Source: Candidatus Poribacteria bacterium
GTDB taxonomy: Bacteria; Poribacteria; WGA-4E; PCPOR2b
Assembly (NCBI GenBank): GCA_965218095.1
Contig: OZ244587.1
Location: forward strand, 2,976,001 to 3,040,000
Length of the DNA stretch: 64,000 nt
Reading direction: 5' to 3'
In this document: positions 20,361-30,002 of the stretch, piece by piece
Position numbering within the stretch: position 1 is the stretch's first letter
Layout: every line of letters starts with the position of its first letter
Notes under the pieces: model-generated
Seen by the model: only the letters and a program-made list of their open reading frames with translations
Databases searched by the model: none
Told to the model about the DNA's origin: nothing
Position numbers and translations under genes: made by a program

Positions 20361-21383
20361 GTGGCATTACTACGATGGGGCATACTCGGTTGCGGTGATG
20401 TGGCGGAGTACAAAGGCGGACCGCCGCTGTATACCGTTGAGGGTTCTGAGTTGATTGCGGTGATGCGGCGTGATAAGGACAAGGCGGAGACGTTTGCAGA
20501 AAGACACCGTGCAAAGCGGGCTTACCACACGTTCGAAGGGCTCCTAGCGGATGACGAGATCAACGCGATTTACATTGCAACGCCACCGTATCTCCATAGT
20601 GAACAGACGATTCTCGCCGCGCAAGCCGGAAAGCATGTCCTCTGTGAAAAGCCGATGGGGATGAACCCCGCAGAGTGCAGGCAGATGATCGACGCCTGCC
20701 GTGAAAGCAACGTTACGCTCATGATCGCCTACTACAGGCCCTTTTTTCCGAATATCGTGAAGATGAAGAAATTGATGGAGGGAGGAGCAATTGGTGAGAT
20801 TGTGCTGGCGCGAGTCAATCATACCGCGCTTTATGACCCAAGCGGTCACGAGTGGGGAGCATGGCGTACCGACCCGCGGATCAGCGGCGGAGGCGTGTTG
20901 ATGGATCTAGGGAGCCATCGGATCGATTTGCTGATGTACCTGCTAGGGGATGTGGCGTCTGTCTGTGGGTACGCAGAAAACGTCCGCTCTCCCTATCCAA
21001 ACGTCCGCTCTCCCTATCCAGTTGATGATTCCACTGTCTTCACGCTGCGATTTGAAAATGGGACGCACGCCGCTGCGAATATCAACTGGAGCGTTGGCGT
21101 TTCCGTTGATGAAGTTGAAGTCTACGGCACAACGGGGTGCTTGCGCTGCAACCCGCTCAACAGTGGAAACCTGACGCTTCAAACGAAGGGTAAGAGTGAG
21201 ACGTTCAATCAGTCCCCTCTGCCGTATACCCACACCGGTTTGATTAAAGATTTTGTCAATCACATTTGTACAGGCGCGCCGATCCGATGTTCAGGCGAGG
21301 TGGGATTAAAAACAAATGCGATCATCGCTGACATCTACGCAAATAGCGTAAGTAATTTTCAAAAAGAAAGTAATGGTTTGTAG
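20361..21383 (+). CDS. Gfo/Idh/MocA oxidoreductase
   Basis: WGILGCG, IYIATPP, KHVLCEKP, GGGVLMDLGSH; internal NVRSPYP tandem duplication. Confidence 0.93.
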   Translation: MALLRWGILGCGDVAEYKGGPPLYTVEGSELIAVMRRDKDKAETFAERHRAKRAYHTFEGLLADDEINAIYIATPPYLHSEQTILAAQAGKHVLCEKPMGMNPAECRQMIDACRESNVTLMIAYYRPFFPNIVKMKKLMEGGAIGEIVLARVNHTALYDPSGHEWGAWRTDPRISGGGVLMDLGSHRIDLLMYLLGDVASVCGYAENVRSPYPNVRSPYPVDDSTVFTLRFENGTHAAANINWSVGVSVDEVEVYGTTGCLRCNPLNSGNLTLQTKGKSETFNQSPLPYTHTGLIKDFVNHICTGAPIRCSGEVGLKTNAIIADIYANSVSNFQKESNGL

Positions 21384-21683
21384 TGAGGTGATTCATCGCA
21401 ACTATCGCTAAAAGTGAAGTATATTTTTTATAACTTACTTAACCCTAGCTGACACCTTCGCAGCCATTTCGATTAAAAGCGCGTCACAACGTGTGTAAAT
21501 TGCGACAATAGTGAAGTCCAGGAGATGCTCCTTTTTTGACATTTTTGCATATTAACATTGTAAAGGCACTCCGATGGATTTTCAAGGAGAAATTTCCGAA
21601 TACCTATAACTGTTTAGGTGGCAACTTGGGTTATAATATTTCACGCGCCCCGGATAGCAACCCAAAACTGATCGGATGAACCG

Positions 21684-24600
21684 ATGTCTATGAACGCCGA
21701 AAACCTACTCGACGCCGTTAAAAATCAATCGCTCTTCTCAAACTACTATCTCGATTCCCTCATCGTCGAACAACCGCAGTGGGCATATACACCCAACATT
21801 GAATCAGATTACGCAGCAATCAAGGAACTCTTCGATGCCGTTGCACCGAACGCCGAACACCTCAAAGAGGCACAAACCGAACGCCAATTCATCCAACCGG
21901 TCCTAAAACAATTAGGGCACGTTTTCGAGGTGCAGCCTGCACTCCATACATCGCAGGGAACCAAAGAACCCGATTATGCCTTCTTCACATCGGGGGATGC
22001 CCTTGATGCTACACAGCCGCACATCAACACAAACCAGTTCTTCAAAACGGCGCTCGCCGTCGGCGACGCCAAGGCGTGGTCTCGCAACCTGGATCAGAAG
22101 GCGCTAGACAGCGGAGACCCGTTCAACAATCAAAATCCGAGCTACCAGATCGACTTCTATCTGCGGGGCGCGGACAAATTCTGGGGCATCTTAACTAACG
22201 GAGGGCAATGGCGGCTCTACCACCGTCAGACCAGTTATCGACTCGATACCTTCTATGAGGTAGACCTCGCCGCACTCCTCTCCGAAAACGGAGACTTAGA
22301 GACCTTCCGTTATTTCTACTGCCTCTTTCGGCGCGACGCTTTCGTGCCCGATGCGAGCGGGACATCGTTACTCGACCTCGTATTGAGGGAGAGCCAGCAA
22401 TACACCATCGCGGTCTCCGACGACCTGAAGAACCGTGTCTACGATGCCCTGCGACTGCTCATCGGCGGCTTCCTCAATTTCCCGCGCAACGGTTTCGATA
22501 AAGCCAACCCGCCGCTCAATGAGATTCACACCAACTGCCTGATTCTGCTGTACCGCCTCCTGTTTATCCTCTACGCTGAAAGTCGAGGGCTGTTGCCGGT
22601 CGAAAATCCTGACTACGCCGCACGTTACAGCCTCGCGGCACTCGCGGGGACGATTCACGAAACGCTTGATCGGGAGGACCTGATCATCCCGACGATTAGC
22701 GATTATTGGGCGCGGCTGCATGGGCTATTTACGCTCATCAACGACGGTTGGGGCGACCTCATCCCGCAATACAACGGTGGGCTTTTCAATCCAGAGCATC
22801 ACCCGTTCCTTGAGGAGCACGAACTTGGCAACGATGCGCTGGCACAGGTTATCGAACTCCTGACACGGACGGAGAAGGACGAACGCATCGCCTATCGTGA
22901 CCTTGACGTGCGCCATCTGGGGAATATCTACGAAGGCTTGCTCGAATATCAACCGCAAATTGCCGCCCAAGATTTGGTCATCGTTTCAAAGAAGGGGGGC
23001 GAGGCGGTCGCGCCTAAATCTTCCCCCAATCAGGAGGTCGCCTATCCAGAGGGGGAGGTCTATCTGCTGACCGACAAAGGCGAGCGGAAGGCGACAGGGA
23101 GCTACTACACCCCCGATTACATCGTCCGCTACATCGTCGAAAACACGCTCGCACCGCTCTGTGAGGGCAAAAGCGTTGATGAGATTCTATCGCTCAAAAT
23201 TCTCGATCCTGCCACAGGGAGCGGCCATTTCCTCGTCGGTGTTGTCGATTATCTCGCCGAAGAACTGATCACACATCCGGGCGCGGCACACATGACCGAA
23301 ACGGCGAGCGAGGAGACGGAGTTAGCCTATTGGCGGCGACGCGTCGTGGAGTCCTGCGTTTACGGCGTTGACCTCAACCCGATGGCGGTGGAGTTGGCGA
23401 AACTCTCCCTCTGGCTCCACACGGTGGCAAAGGGCGAACCGCTCTCATTTCTCGACCATCACATCCGTTGCGGCAATTCGCTGATCGGGGCGAAGATTGA
23501 GAACCTGTCGCACCTGCCGGAACTGAAGAAAAACCGTCGTCAAACTAGCGAATCCCAGACAGAATTTTCGATGACCTTCCCTTTCACCGACAGGGTTGCA
23601 ACCGCCATTGGACAGTACCTGCTGATCGAAGAGACCGAGAGCCGTACCGCCGACCAGATCCACAAGAAGGAACACCAATTAGACATCGCCCAACAGATGC
23701 TCCGCTTTCACAAAGGAGTGGCGAACCTCTGGACGAGCGTTTACTTTGGCAACAATGTGTCCCGCCCCACCTATCATCAAGCCTTGAATGCCCTCCGCTC
23801 TAAGGATACCGATGCCCTTGAAAACCTGCTCTCCTATCGTCGGGCGCAGGAGATCGCGAAAGAAAAACGGTTCTTCCATTGGGAGATTGAGTTCCCGGAA
23901 GTCTTTCGTGACAAGTACGGGCGAGAAAAGGACAATCCGGGGTTTGACGCGGTGATAGGGAATCCGCCGTATGTAAGTGTTACCAATATTGAGCCTGACT
24001 TTCGCAATTACTTGTTGAAGCAATTCACTACAGCAACTGGCCGTTTTGATCTTTATATAATTTTTGCGGAACAGGCACTTCGTTTACTGCGAACGCATGG
24101 AATGTTCGGTTTTATCCAACCGATTAAATTTGCAATTTATGCTAATGGCAAAACACTTCGGGATTTCTTGTTAGGGCAAACACAGATCGAGCAGTTTGTG
24201 GATGTTTCTCAATGTCGTATATTTCCGGATCCCACAACTTACCCATGTCTGCCAATAGTAAAAAAAGGGACGCCATCCTCAGAACACAATATCCTTGTCG
24301 TACGAGTTCCACCGGATGCACCGGAGCTAATCAGCGATAGCAAAAGTGAACTGGTAATTACCACCAGAATACCTCAGTCGAGGTTCAGCCGAACACCCGA
24401 AAATGTGATCTGTCTGCGTCTTTCAGATGAGTTATGGCATTTGATTAAGAGGTTTGATGAATTGTCATTCAGTTTAAGTGATATGTTTGATATTGAACAG
24501 TGTATCCGTATCGGTAGCCAAGCAAAAAGGCGTGCCCTTGTGCTGGATGAAGAGCATTATGCTTCAGCACCTGAAAGTGTCAAAATGGCCTGTCGAAAGA

Positions 24601-25511
24601 TGCTAGATGGAGAAAATATTGAACGATATACTATCGCTTGGGCAGGTGAATGGCTTCACTACCTACCTAACGAGTTGTATAATGCCAAATCACTTGAGGT
24701 CTTGGAAACCGATAAAATTCTCATCAAACGAATCGCACCGTCACTGATGGCTGCTCCAGATCTAGGTTTGAATGAAAGTTACTTTTACCCTCTGAATACA
24801 ATTTACGCACTCATTCCTAACGAGCATTTCAACCTTACACTTCTCTATGTGACGGCACTGCTAAACTCAAAATGCCTTGATTGGTACTACAAGCTACTGT
24901 TTGAAGCTATTGCCATTCGGGGAGGATACATCGAATATCGGGAGTATTTGAAATACTTGCCTATCCGCCGGATCAACTTCACCACCCCTGCTGACGAGCG
25001 TGACCGTCAACTCGAAAAAGCCAAAACGCTCTACCAATTCTGCCTCAACAAAAGGAGCACCGATTGCGTCCTTGGCTTCGTAAAGCACCATCTCACTGCC
25101 GATCCAGAGCGTGCCGACATCGTCCACGACCTACTCGCCTTCCTCGCGGCGCAGATGGTTGAGATGAACAAAGCGAAAGGGGAGGAGATTCGTGGCTTCC
25201 TGCGCTGGCTTGGACGGGAAATCCGGGTCGAAATTGACACGCTCCAGAACAAGACCGCGCTTCAGAGTTACTTCGGTCTGTCCCTTGACGACGTACTTGA
25301 GATCCTCAAGAAAAACCGTCAATCGATCGCCGTCGATCCCTCAAGCCGAGATTTCCAAGAATCGTTGAAGCGCGAGTTGGGATCCAGTCTCGCTAAACTC
25401 AACCCCTTGCTCACCCGCATTCAGGGGACCGACGCACTTATTGATCAGGTTGTCTATCAGCTATATGGCTTGACCGATGAGGAGATTGCGGTTGTGGAAG
25501 GCAAAGTTTGA
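21684..25511 (+). CDS. Type IIG (Eco57I-like) fused restriction endonuclease / N6-adenine methyltransferase
   Basis: N-terminal PDY...GDAK nuclease motif, WGILTNG..WRLY, YNGGLF, RKATGSYYTP, motif I DPATGSGHFL, FHWEIEFPEVF, motif IV GNPPY, TRD, C-terminal IDQVVYQLYGL. Confidence 0.92.
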   Translation: MSMNAENLLDAVKNQSLFSNYYLDSLIVEQPQWAYTPNIESDYAAIKELFDAVAPNAEHLKEAQTERQFIQPVLKQLGHVFEVQPALHTSQGTKEPDYAFFTSGDALDATQPHINTNQFFKTALAVGDAKAWSRNLDQKALDSGDPFNNQNPSYQIDFYLRGADKFWGILTNGGQWRLYHRQTSYRLDTFYEVDLAALLSENGDLETFRYFYCLFRRDAFVPDASGTSLLDLVLRESQQYTIAVSDDLKNRVYDALRLLIGGFLNFPRNGFDKANPPLNEIHTNCLILLYRLLFILYAESRGLLPVENPDYAARYSLAALAGTIHETLDREDLIIPTISDYWARLHGLFTLINDGWGDLIPQYNGGLFNPEHHPFLEEHELGNDALAQVIELLTRTEKDERIAYRDLDVRHLGNIYEGLLEYQPQIAAQDLVIVSKKGGEAVAPKSSPNQEVAYPEGEVYLLTDKGERKATGSYYTPDYIVRYIVENTLAPLCEGKSVDEILSLKILDPATGSGHFLVGVVDYLAEELITHPGAAHMTETASEETELAYWRRRVVESCVYGVDLNPMAVELAKLSLWLHTVAKGEPLSFLDHHIRCGNSLIGAKIENLSHLPELKKNRRQTSESQTEFSMTFPFTDRVATAIGQYLLIEETESRTADQIHKKEHQLDIAQQMLRFHKGVANLWTSVYFGNNVSRPTYHQALNALRSKDTDALENLLSYRRAQEIAKEKRFFHWEIEFPEVFRDKYGREKDNPGFDAVIGNPPYVSVTNIEPDFRNYLLKQFTTATGRFDLYIIFAEQALRLLRTHGMFGFIQPIKFAIYANGKTLRDFLLGQTQIEQFVDVSQCRIFPDPTTYPCLPIVKKGTPSSEHNILVVRVPPDAPELISDSKSELVITTRIPQSRFSRTPENVICLRLSDELWHLIKRFDELSFSLSDMFDIEQCIRIGSQAKRRALVLDEEHYASAPESVKMACRKMLDGENIERYTIAWAGEWLHYLPNELYNAKSLEVLETDKILIKRIAPSLMAAPDLGLNESYFYPLNTIYALIPNEHFNLTLLYVTALLNSKCLDWYYKLLFEAIAIRGGYIEYREYLKYLPIRRINFTTPADERDRQLEKAKTLYQFCLNKRSTDCVLGFVKHHLTADPERADIVHDLLAFLAAQMVEMNKAKGEEIRGFLRWLGREIRVEIDTLQNKTALQSYFGLSLDDVLEILKKNRQSIAVDPSSRDFQESLKRELGSSLAKLNPLLTRIQGTDALIDQVVYQLYGLTDEEIAVVEGKV

Positions 25512-25601
25512 TTGAAACGCACCGCAACGAAAGGACAAACAACTCTGAGTTCATTCACATATTCGATGAATAGGGCGCAACTTGAGTTACTTAATACCCC
25601 T

Positions 25602-26609
25602 TTAACGAGTTTCAATCGGGGCGTTCCATATATAAATCAATTCTCCACTATCATCTTCCTCAACGGAGATCCAAGGGAAGTTGCATCGTTCCATCTTTTC
25701 AATCAAACGACCCATAACGCTAGTCAGATTGGAGATATGGCACGCGTTTCCTAGCTGAGATTCAGTGGCTATCTGCTGGTTGACAAGGTATTGAATGGCA
25801 TTCCGCTCGTCTGAATCGAGTGGGAGTTCCTTTCGTTGATTGTCCTCTGCCGCAGGTGGATGCGAAGAGGCTTCCCTGTTCTTCAGATTGACCGGCAGTC
25901 CCGTCACAACTCGATTGGGACATGTCCCTGCTGCTTCCCTCTCCCTTGTCCTGCTCTGGTCGGAAGGGACAACCGCTTCAGCGATCCATTCTTTGATGAG
26001 ATCCATATCCGCTTGCAGCCTCCTGATCTCCTCATGCAACCGACCAATGAGTGCGACTGGATCGGTTTCTCTGTAAATGAGTGAGTCTACCTGCTCTTCA
26101 CCCCAAGATTTACTAAATTCCCCCCAATCTGAGTCTATCTCCTCTGTGGCAGGAGGGTAGAGGTTATCAATGCTTGGTACAGCGGAAGGCAGGTAGGCTT
26201 CCCCACTAACCGCTGCCGTTGAAAAGTTGCAATGCAATTCATGAGGTGAAGTTTCGATAAGCTCGATGTTGTAATTATAGGGACTGATACCCCCTCCATT
26301 ATCGATGTATGAAACCTTGATGTAGCAACAATCGCCAACTTGCAATTGATCTAGTCGCCTCTGAATCTTTTTGATAATTTGGGCATGATAGCCGCGCAGC
26401 ATTTCTGGCATTCCTTTGACCAGTTGCCGAAAATAGGTTGTCGGGTCACAGCCGGACTGAAAATGCGGTGATCTGGTTAGCGGCTGCGTCAAATACGGAA
26501 ATCGAACAACCTTGAGAGGAATCGGATCGCCTAATGACTCAAGCTCCATTCCCCATCGAATCGGTGTCTCCTTTATGCAAGTGGCAACGTAAGTATGACG
26601 TTTGGGCAT
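25602..26609 (-). CDS. Hypothetical protein (N-terminal globular domain, coiled coil, C-terminal winged-helix-like)
   Basis: 335-aa ORF with strong RBS (GAGGAGG); no family recognised. Confidence 0.75.
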   Translation of the reverse strand: MPKRHTYVATCIKETPIRWGMELESLGDPIPLKVVRFPYLTQPLTRSPHFQSGCDPTTYFRQLVKGMPEMLRGYHAQIIKKIQRRLDQLQVGDCCYIKVSYIDNGGGISPYNYNIELIETSPHELHCNFSTAAVSGEAYLPSAVPSIDNLYPPATEEIDSDWGEFSKSWGEEQVDSLIYRETDPVALIGRLHEEIRRLQADMDLIKEWIAEAVVPSDQSRTREREAAGTCPNRVVTGLPVNLKNREASSHPPAAEDNQRKELPLDSDERNAIQYLVNQQIATESQLGNACHISNLTSVMGRLIEKMERCNFPWISVEEDDSGELIYIWNAPIETR

Positions 26610-26721
26610 TTGAAAAAGCCTCCTCAGGAAAGCATAGGTGCGTCGAAGTTAATGCAAATTCATATCAGCAAAGTTTTATAACGTGTAAGATTGTACAAAA
26701 GTTACAAAAAATACCGTTTTT

Positions 26722-26768
26722 CCACAATATGTAGTGCTTATTTGAGAACAACCCACTAGATATAGCGC
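26722..26768. promoter_or_regulatory. Tandem NrdR-box-like operators
   Basis: CCACAATATGTAGTGC (26722-26737) and CCACTAGATATAGCGC (26753-26768), 31 bp start to start; resemble consensus acaCwAtATaTwGtgt. Confidence 0.7.
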
Positions 26769-26849
26769 ATGGTGCCCATTTGTCCACAGTCAAATACAAC
26801 AGGGAAGCAAAAAAAGGGAAGGGAGAAAGTCGATTTTACGTCTCACATA

Positions 26850-27986
26850 TCACGCGATACTTTTCAGGAACAAGCGCCCCACATCAAGATTATACGCAAA
26901 ATCGTCGGCTGACCAGTGACTATTGTAGCCGATGACTGGTACATCGCTTTCATGGCGTGAACCGTGGGATCTGATAGCAACAGGCATTTCAGTTTTGGTG
27001 AGTTCGCCGAAGACGGTATCTCGATCTGCGAGGACAAAAATATCCCCAATCCGATCCGGGTGGAGTCGAAATTTATCCGCAGCTTCGGCTGAAGGGTAAA
27101 CTTCTTCAACGCCCGGCGCACCCCATAGCGTTTCGATTGCCTTCGGAAGATCTGCCTGTTTTTGTAGAAAAACATACGCTGCACCCCCCAGATTGCCGTG
27201 ATGCACGACATAACGGTCTTTGATGATGGGGATGGCGCTTGATGGGACGCCATGTTCAGTCAACCAACGCCCCGGATCGAGGGCGCAGGTCTTCGGCAGC
27301 ATGCCGTGATCGGCGGTGATGTAGATCTCCCGCTCTGGCTGGTCATCCACAATCTCCCCAATGATCCGGTCAAGTTCAGCGATATGTTGCAGCGAAGGTT
27401 CCTCTGTTGGAGCGTACTTGTGCTGGGCCCAATCCGTCGTCGAGCAGTAGGCGAGATCCGGATCATGATCGCGCAAGACCTTGCGCAACCCACGCAGCAG
27501 CCACCAGTTAATCTCTGAGGAGTAGATATCTTCAGCCGGGCCGATTGCCTCCACATACTCAGAGGGTGGGTCTTCCGCGGTGATGGCAATATCCGTCCCG
27601 CCTGCGAGCATTTGCAACAGTTTTTTCTTCGTCACGAGCAGGGCTGTTTTCTCTGAAAAGCCCCTCGATTTCGCACGCTCAAACAGCGTCGGTGCAAGCA
27701 GAAATCGGTTATCCTCAACAAACTCCCCTTTTCCGGTCTCACGGTCTACGTGGTAGTTGGTCGTGATGCCGTGCGCCTCCGGGAACGTTCCGGTCGCAAT
27801 GCTCACGTTGTTGACATTTGTAACCGAGGGAATGACTGAGTTTGCGTGTTGATAGAATCCTTCCTCCGCCAGTTTTTGGATATTGGGAATTTCGCTGGCG
27901 GCGAGGTAGTCATACCCGCCGGCGTCGATACAGATGATGAGGACTTTACGTTTACTCAAGGCGATCTCCTTAGAGAAAGAACTCAT
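26850..27986 (-). CDS. phnA: Phosphonoacetate hydrolase (alkaline phosphatase superfamily)
   Basis: IDAGG, PSVTNVNNVSIATG..P..HGI, TTDWAQHKYAP, TADHGM, RSHGS..E..VP. Confidence 0.8.
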   Translation of the reverse strand: MSSFSKEIALSKRKVLIICIDAGGYDYLAASEIPNIQKLAEEGFYQHANSVIPSVTNVNNVSIATGTFPEAHGITTNYHVDRETGKGEFVEDNRFLLAPTLFERAKSRGFSEKTALLVTKKKLLQMLAGGTDIAITAEDPPSEYVEAIGPAEDIYSSEINWWLLRGLRKVLRDHDPDLAYCSTTDWAQHKYAPTEEPSLQHIAELDRIIGEIVDDQPEREIYITADHGMLPKTCALDPGRWLTEHGVPSSAIPIIKDRYVVHHGNLGGAAYVFLQKQADLPKAIETLWGAPGVEEVYPSAEAADKFRLHPDRIGDIFVLADRDTVFGELTKTEMPVAIRSHGSRHESDVPVIGYNSHWSADDFAYNLDVGRLFLKSIA

Positions 27987-28071
27987 TACGGGTAGTTTCT
28001 TGGAAGTCTAATAGAGCACAGCGAAGAATCTCCGTTTCGACCGTTCACCCTGTGTATATCTTGTTTGCTCA

Positions 28072-28992
28072 TCAATCAGCAGGCGCAATAACGGTCAAAC
28101 CTCGTTCAATCATTTCGATCGTCGCGGGTGTATAGCAAATCTGTTCCCCATCAGCATAAAGGAGGGCGGGCGGGTCTGTTTCGATGCTCAGTAATTTTGT
28201 GCGGTGTATCCTGACAGCACGATGAGCGGTGTGTCCTCCCCAGAAGATCGAGATTAGCATACGCAGTACAGTCCGGCGTGGCACAGATTCGATAATACAC
28301 ACATCGAACAGTCCATCGTCTATAATCGCCTCCGGCACAATTTTCATTCCTCCACCGTACATGGGTGTGATGCCTGTTGCAGTGAGAAGGATCTTGCCCT
28401 CGTAGGCACCAAAGTCTCCTTCAAGGTGAACGGTCAGCGATTCATAGCTAAAAAGCGTCCTGAGCGCTGTATAGACATAAGAAGCTGTTCCAGAAAAAGG
28501 GGCATCCCCTTCTGCGACACGCCGGCTGACTTCAGCATCATATCCGCATGTTACAATTGTATCAAAATAGCGGTCCCCGATTTTCCCGAGATCTACCTGA
28601 TATGTAGTGCCGTTCAACAGGATGTCGATAGCTTCCGCCGGGTCTGCAGGAATCTTCAACGCTCCCGCAAAATCGTTCCCCTTCCCGCACGGAAGCACGC
28701 CGAGCACCATATCAGGCTTTTCTGCAATCGCGTTGACAATTTCGTGAATGGTACCATCCCCACCACACGCAATAATCCAGTGTGCTCTATTCTCAACGGC
28801 TTCCCGTGCGATCCGGTTCGCGTCACCGGATTGGGTAGTTAATTCCAGTCTACCCTTCCATCCCTTAGCCGTGAGTTGCTGGTAAGCTTTTTCGGCAACA
28901 GCAGTCCCCTTGCCTTTCCCTGAAATCGGATTAGCAATCAGTACAAAGTCTCGATGTATGTTCTGCCCTTCGGCTTGTGTAGCCATTGCCAC
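28072..28992 (-). CDS. Diacylglycerol/lipid kinase family (YegS/DgkB-like)
   Basis: NPISGKG, GGDGT, GKGNDFA, YGGG, DDGLFDV, ADGE. Confidence 0.92.
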   Translation of the reverse strand: MAMATQAEGQNIHRDFVLIANPISGKGKGTAVAEKAYQQLTAKGWKGRLELTTQSGDANRIAREAVENRAHWIIACGGDGTIHEIVNAIAEKPDMVLGVLPCGKGNDFAGALKIPADPAEAIDILLNGTTYQVDLGKIGDRYFDTIVTCGYDAEVSRRVAEGDAPFSGTASYVYTALRTLFSYESLTVHLEGDFGAYEGKILLTATGITPMYGGGMKIVPEAIIDDGLFDVCIIESVPRRTVLRMLISIFWGGHTAHRAVRIHRTKLLSIETDPPALLYADGEQICYTPATIEMIERGLTVIAPAD

Positions 28993-29076
28993 CCCATTGT
29001 CAAACGTGATGCGGCATCAGGTGTCAGGAATGCATGAAGGCCTGATACCTGCCCTGATTCGCCCATTTGTCGATTT

Positions 29077-29775
29077 TCATTGATTTCCACCGATCTCCTC
29101 TAAGCGAATAATCAATTTGCCGAGTTGCAGACGCAGCAGCATCGTGTAGATCTGTATGAGCAAAGCGACTTGCCTCTCAGTGGTCAGATTCCCCTCCTGA
29201 ATCAAGCGCATGAAACCATCGGCGCGTTGTCGAATCTGATCTGTTCGCTCGAAGTTCATCTCCCCGGTATTGCGTGCGCTCTCCTTGATAAATTGCCAGA
29301 TCCGATCCTGTATTTCGAGGGTATAGTTTTTCGTCATCGCCTGTCGCGCACGTTTGGCGCTATCGATCCAAATTGTGTTCGATTTCCAATTCAGCATAAA
29401 AGCAATGCTGTTAATGATCACGTCTTGCAGTGTATCCTCTCCAGAGATCAATTTTTCAAAGTTGGTGAGTCCTTCGGCTTCTGCGGAGAGTGTCCGGACT
29501 TTTGAATAGTCCTTGACATCCATGCTTGTCACGTCGTTTTCGGAGATTAGCTTCCAAAGCCCTGCGCTCGTTGAGAGCAGGCCATTGATGCGGGTGGGGA
29601 GGTCGTCGGGTAGTCCGGATTGCATGCAATAGTGGTGAAACGCGTGCAGTTGGCTGCGGAGTTCCCAAAGACTTTCAGGCGTCATTACCTCTGCTAATCT
29701 CGCCACACGAGGCAAGATGTGTTGACGAAGGTAGTCGATTATGTCGTTTGCGGTTCGTTGTATGTTCATGTGCAT
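29077..29775 (-). CDS. Hypothetical alpha-helical protein
   Basis: ORF of about 230 aa with amphipathic helical pattern; no family recognised; start uncertain. Confidence 0.65.
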   Translation of the reverse strand: MHMNIQRTANDIIDYLRQHILPRVARLAEVMTPESLWELRSQLHAFHHYCMQSGLPDDLPTRINGLLSTSAGLWKLISENDVTSMDVKDYSKVRTLSAEAEGLTNFEKLISGEDTLQDVIINSIAFMLNWKSNTIWIDSAKRARQAMTKNYTLEIQDRIWQFIKESARNTGEMNFERTDQIRQRADGFMRLIQEGNLTTERQVALLIQIYTMLLRLQLGKLIIRLEEIGGNQ

Positions 29776-30002
29776 TGCCGCTTTTCGGAATAATATTGCC
29801 AACGAGATGGTAGCAGATTTTCTAAGTCGTGTCAATGCTATATTTTCGCAGCCTTCCTGAAAAAAGGTTGAAAGATCTAGCTACCCCGTATATAATCATG
29901 TCGGAGGAGCGTTTTTACCAGGCTGTATTGGTCAGTGCGCTCTGAGAGATTGGTTCTTTTCGCCTTGATGTCATCGGAAAATTATATAAGGAGAGATTAT
30001 CC

